NCBI GenBank assembly: GCA_963805945.1
Contig: CAWDVP010000002.1
Span: 653,027 to 717,026, forward strand
DNA length: 64,000 nucleotides
Reading direction: 5' to 3'
Source of the DNA: Vulcanimicrobiota bacterium
GTDB lineage: Bacteria; Vulcanimicrobiota; Vulcanimicrobiia; Eremiobacterales; Eremiobacteraceae
Shown: positions 60,903 to 64,000 of the stretch, one piece after another
Layout: the number at the start of each line of letters is the position of its first letter
How positions within the stretch are numbered: the stretch's first letter is position 1
Program-made: the position numbers and the translations under genes
Notes under the pieces: model-generated
Seen by the model: the letters and a program-made list of their open reading frames with translations, nothing else
What the model was told of the DNA's origin: nothing
The model's database searches: none

Positions 60903-60905
60903 CGA

Positions 60906-61265
60906 TCAAGACGCCGGGCTGATCAGTGCGACGATGTTATCGAGCACGTCCTGGACGACGGCGTGAACCACCCGACCCTTGCGCGTCGCCTGTCGGGCTC
61001 TCCAATCAAGAGATTTCACGTGATCGGAGAGAACGACGCCGCTCACCCATCGATTGCTTGGAATAGGAACGTCAAACGGGTTGCCCTTCGCCTGGTTCGT
61101 GATCGGGCAGGCGATGCACAGCGAGGTTCGGTCGTTATAATCAGCCGGAGATAAAACGAGGGCCGGGCGTCGCCCGGCCTGCTCGTGGCCGCTTTGAGGA
61201 TCGAAGTTCACCATGATGACGTCGCCTACATCAGGGACGTAACCCGATGGCGGCGGAACTACCAA
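60906..61265 (-). CDS. mazF: MazF/PemK endoribonuclease toxin
   Basis: FDPQSGHEQAGRRPALVLSP, CPIT, DHVKSLDWRAR. Confidence 0.95.
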   Translation of the reverse strand: MVVPPPSGYVPDVGDVIMVNFDPQSGHEQAGRRPALVLSPADYNDRTSLCIACPITNQAKGNPFDVPIPSNRWVSGVVLSDHVKSLDWRARQATRKGRVVHAVVQDVLDNIVALISPAS

Positions 61266-61495
61266 ACCTCATTCCCCACGGGCTTGTCGGCGAACGTCTC
61301 GCCGTAGAGGTTATCGGGCGTGATCGCGGCCAGCATCTCAACCAAACGCCGCGCTCGGCGCGGACGCAGAACGAGACAGCGACCCGAAGCCTCGACGTCC
61401 ACCTCATCGCCCTCGTTGAGCCTTGCCCCCTCGAGCAATGGGCGCGGCAGGCGAACACCAAGGCTGTTCCCCCACTTGCAGATCTGAAGCTTCAT
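61259..61495 (-). CDS. mazE: MazE/AbrB antitoxin
   Basis: KWGNSLGVRLP...ITPDNLYGE...PVGNEVW. Confidence 0.93.
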   Translation of the reverse strand: MKLQICKWGNSLGVRLPRPLLEGARLNEGDEVDVEASGRCLVLRPRRARRLVEMLAAITPDNLYGETFADKPVGNEVW

Positions 61496-61516
61496 TCTGG
61501 GCCTACCTCGCAATCA

Positions 61517-61535
61517 GTATATACACCGTATATAC
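61517..61535. promoter_or_regulatory. Candidate MazE operator overlapping the -10 region
   Basis: GTATATAC-acc-GTATATAC double palindrome. Confidence 0.65.
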
Positions 61536-61567
61536 CACACTTTGGAGTGTCAGGTCCAATACCCTCG

Positions 61568-62125
61568 CTACTTCGGTTGCGCGGACGCGAACAGGCGGGA
61601 AGTGTGCAGACGAAAGCCCGGTAGCGCCTCGTGCGTGAGCACGTCGCCTTCTTCGACGCGGCGCTCGCCGAGCGGGTCGCGGACCGTCACGATCTCCGTG
61701 TCGGTGTTGACGAGAAAGACGACCTTCGTCCCCGCGGCAAGGTACACGCGCACCTTCTCGTCCACGTCCCGGCGGCGATCGCCCGGCGAGAGGACTTCGA
61801 CGACAACATCGGGCGCGACGCTCGGCTCACCCGCCTCTTTCCGTTGGGCGAACGGCAGACGATCGTAGGATAAGAAGGCGACGTCGGGCACCAGCGGGCG
61901 GCGCAACTCGCCAGGTGGCTGGATATGAAAGCGCCATTCGGTAGCCACCCTTCCGGCGCCATGCCCTTGCGCCCACTCGTCGAGCGCAGTAAAGAACCGG
62001 CCTTGAGCCACACCATGCGGGTGTTGCGGACTCACCTTCTGCAGCGCTCGGCCGTTGACCCATTCGAATGCCGGTTTCGCGTCGGGGAGCGTGATGTCGT
62101 GCGTTTCCATTTCACCAGGAATCAT
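61568..62125 (-). CDS. Uma2 (DUF820) family endonuclease-like protein
   Basis: EWVNG, PDVAF, APDVVVEVLSP, YLAAG, LPGF. Confidence 0.9.
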   Translation of the reverse strand: MIPGEMETHDITLPDAKPAFEWVNGRALQKVSPQHPHGVAQGRFFTALDEWAQGHGAGRVATEWRFHIQPPGELRRPLVPDVAFLSYDRLPFAQRKEAGEPSVAPDVVVEVLSPGDRRRDVDEKVRVYLAAGTKVVFLVNTDTEIVTVRDPLGERRVEEGDVLTHEALPGFRLHTSRLFASAQPK

Positions 62126-62147
62126 ATCACGCGCGCCGGGCCTTTCG

Positions 62148-62546
62148 TCAACCGCGCGGGTAGTGCTCGGCCAGCGCCTCGCCGGTCGCGTTGACGCCAT
62201 GCACGATGCCCGCCGTCAGGTCCGTCGTCTTGATCTGCTCCGCGACCTCGCGGACGACGCGATCCCAATACGCTTGCCCGACTTTGCCATGGATGCCCGC
62301 GCCGCCGAGCACGTGCAGTTCGCGTCGCGACGGCACGACGAAGAACAACACGCCGCTTTCATCCATCGGGTGCGCACCGCGCAGCTTGTCGAAGGCGTGC
62401 TGTACGCCGGGTTGCGCCGCTCCCCAGAAGTGCGGCGACAGGGTGACATAGATCTTGCCGCTCGTGTTCTGCTCGGCCGCCTTGATGGCGTCGCTGATCC
62501 GCTGTTCGTCGACCTGACGGGCGAGATGATGTTTGCGCTCAGCCAT
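62148..62546 (-). CDS. TPM-domain protein
   Basis: AIKAAEQNTSG, GVLFFV, GIHGKVG..YWD. Confidence 0.85.
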   Translation of the reverse strand: MAERKHHLARQVDEQRISDAIKAAEQNTSGKIYVTLSPHFWGAAQPGVQHAFDKLRGAHPMDESGVLFFVVPSRRELHVLGGAGIHGKVGQAYWDRVVREVAEQIKTTDLTAGIVHGVNATGEALAEHYPRG

Positions 62547-62558
62547 AACAGACGACAC

Positions 62559-63339
62559 TCACCATGACGCCGATGCGCCGCCGCCGCCGCCCATGCCGCC
62601 GCCACCGGAGAAACCGCCGCCGCCCGAAAAGCCGCCACCGCCGAAGTCGCCGCCGCTCGAACCGCCCCACCACATGGGACCGAAACCGCCCGAGCCGATG
62701 GTGTAGCCTCGCCCCGCTGCATATCTCGACCTGCGCGCGGCGATGGAGATGATGATGAAGAGAAGCAGGAAAGCGATCGGGACGAACGCCGTCCAGGAAG
62801 ATGCGGAGCTGCCCTGACCATTTTCGCCCGTCTGCTCGGGCGAGGCGCCGCCGATCACCGAGATCAGCGCGTTGACGCCGTCGGTGACCGCGCCGTCCGC
62901 ATCGCCGGCCTTCAGACGCGGCGCGATGACGTTGCGCGCGATCTGCGATGCGCGTCGCGTCGGTGACCACGCCCTCCAAGCCATAGCCGACCTCGATGCG
63001 GATCTTATGGTCCGCCATGAGGATGAACAGCGCAAGCCCGTCATCGAGCCCCTTGCGCCCGACCTTCCACTTGGTGAACGCGCGGATCGTCCAGTCTTCG
63101 AGCGGCGCGTCGCCGGTCGTCTGGCCGACCCACACGATGATCTGATGGCCGGTCTTCTTGTTATAGTCCGCAAGCTGCGTGTTGAGCGAGTCGACGGTGG
63201 AAGACGACAGCGCGCCGGCGGTATCGGTGACCCACTGCGCGGGCATCGGGGGGATCGGCGCCTCGGCCGCGCGCGCGGGCAGGGCCGCCAAAGCGAGCAG
63301 CACGCCCAAGAGCGCGCCGCCCGCGAACCGGCGCAGCAA
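62559..63339 (-). CDS. TPM-domain (YgcG-like) protein, frameshift near 62950
   Basis: WVTDTAG, WKVGRKGLDDG, IRIEVGYGLEG; Gly-rich tail GGGGASASW. Confidence 0.88.
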
Positions 63340-63948
63340 CTAGAACTTGACCTGCGGCGCGTTCTGCGCGCCGGGCTGCGACTTGAAGTACTCCTTGGGC
63401 TTGAACTGATCGCCGAAGATGCCCGCGACGAGCACCGTCGGGAACGACTGGCGCGTCGTGTTGAACGTCTGCGCGACCTGGTTGTAGCGCATGCGCTCGA
63501 CCGCGATGCGGTTCTCCGTCCCTTCCAACTGCGATTGCAGTTCGAGGAAGTTCTCGTTGGCCTTGAGCTGCGGATAGTTCTCGACCACCGCCAGCAAGTG
63601 CGAGAGCGCCGACGTGAGACCGTCCTGGGCGGCTTGGAACTGCGCGAAGGCCGCGGGGTTGGTCGGCAGGCTCGAGGCGTTGATGTTCACCTGCCCGACC
63701 TTGGCGCGCGCTTCGGTGACGGCGGTGTACGTGCTCTTCTCGAAGTTGGCGACGCCCTTGACCGTCTCCACGAGATTCGGGATGAGATCGGCGCGCCGCT
63801 GGTAGACGTTTTCCACTTGGGCCCACTGCGCGTCGACCGCCTGGCTCTGCGCGACGAGCGTGTTGTAGGTGCCCGCCAAGAAGACGCCGATGACGACGAC
63901 GACGACCACGATGGCGACAAGGCAACCGAGTAGGGCGCGACTGCCCAT
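63340..63948 (-). CDS. lemA: LemA family protein
   Basis: YQRRADLIPNLV, ENYPQLKANENF, LEGTENRI. Confidence 0.96.
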   Translation of the reverse strand: MGSRALLGCLVAIVVVVVVIGVFLAGTYNTLVAQSQAVDAQWAQVENVYQRRADLIPNLVETVKGVANFEKSTYTAVTEARAKVGQVNINASSLPTNPAAFAQFQAAQDGLTSALSHLLAVVENYPQLKANENFLELQSQLEGTENRIAVERMRYNQVAQTFNTTRQSFPTVLVAGIFGDQFKPKEYFKSQPGAQNAPQVKF

Positions 63949-64000
63949 GCGAGCTCTCCTTCACATCAAAGGATTGAGGCGAAGCCGGAGAGTTCCACCG

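Noticed and set aside
62575..62670. ccgccg tandem repeat
   Set aside because: Encodes the normal Gly-rich tail of the TPM/YgcG protein

Overview
High-GC bacterial chromosomal window. A soil Eremiobacterota/Vulcanimicrobiota-like lineage is my inference from gene style, not proven. It holds a PadR-linked beta-oxidation operon, two TMEM175 K+ channel paralogs, an MsrPQ-like pair, an RND pump, comEA/leuS/comEC, rsmI-metG-tatD, menG-hepT-tatAC-resB-ccsA, hemC-hemB-mobA-hemL-rex, three type II TA modules and lemA-TPM-TPM. Sequence quality is limited: single-base frameshifts occur in many genes including leuS, and about 1.3 kb (7722-9040) is probably base-calling noise. The most interesting signals are absent from the ORF track. 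(1) Three homologous 22-aa hydrophobic micropeptide genes ending L-x-V-x-G-H-L-x-L, each with a strong RBS; one follows a consensus SigB/SigF-type promoter and a tandem pair lies next to a LexA-type box. (2) A 29-bp palindromic element that lies in-frame inside three protein-coding genes, alongside a related intergenic GTAG-type REP family. (3) A secreted stalk-domain/CuA fusion protein and a Phi-1/EXORDIUM-like protein.
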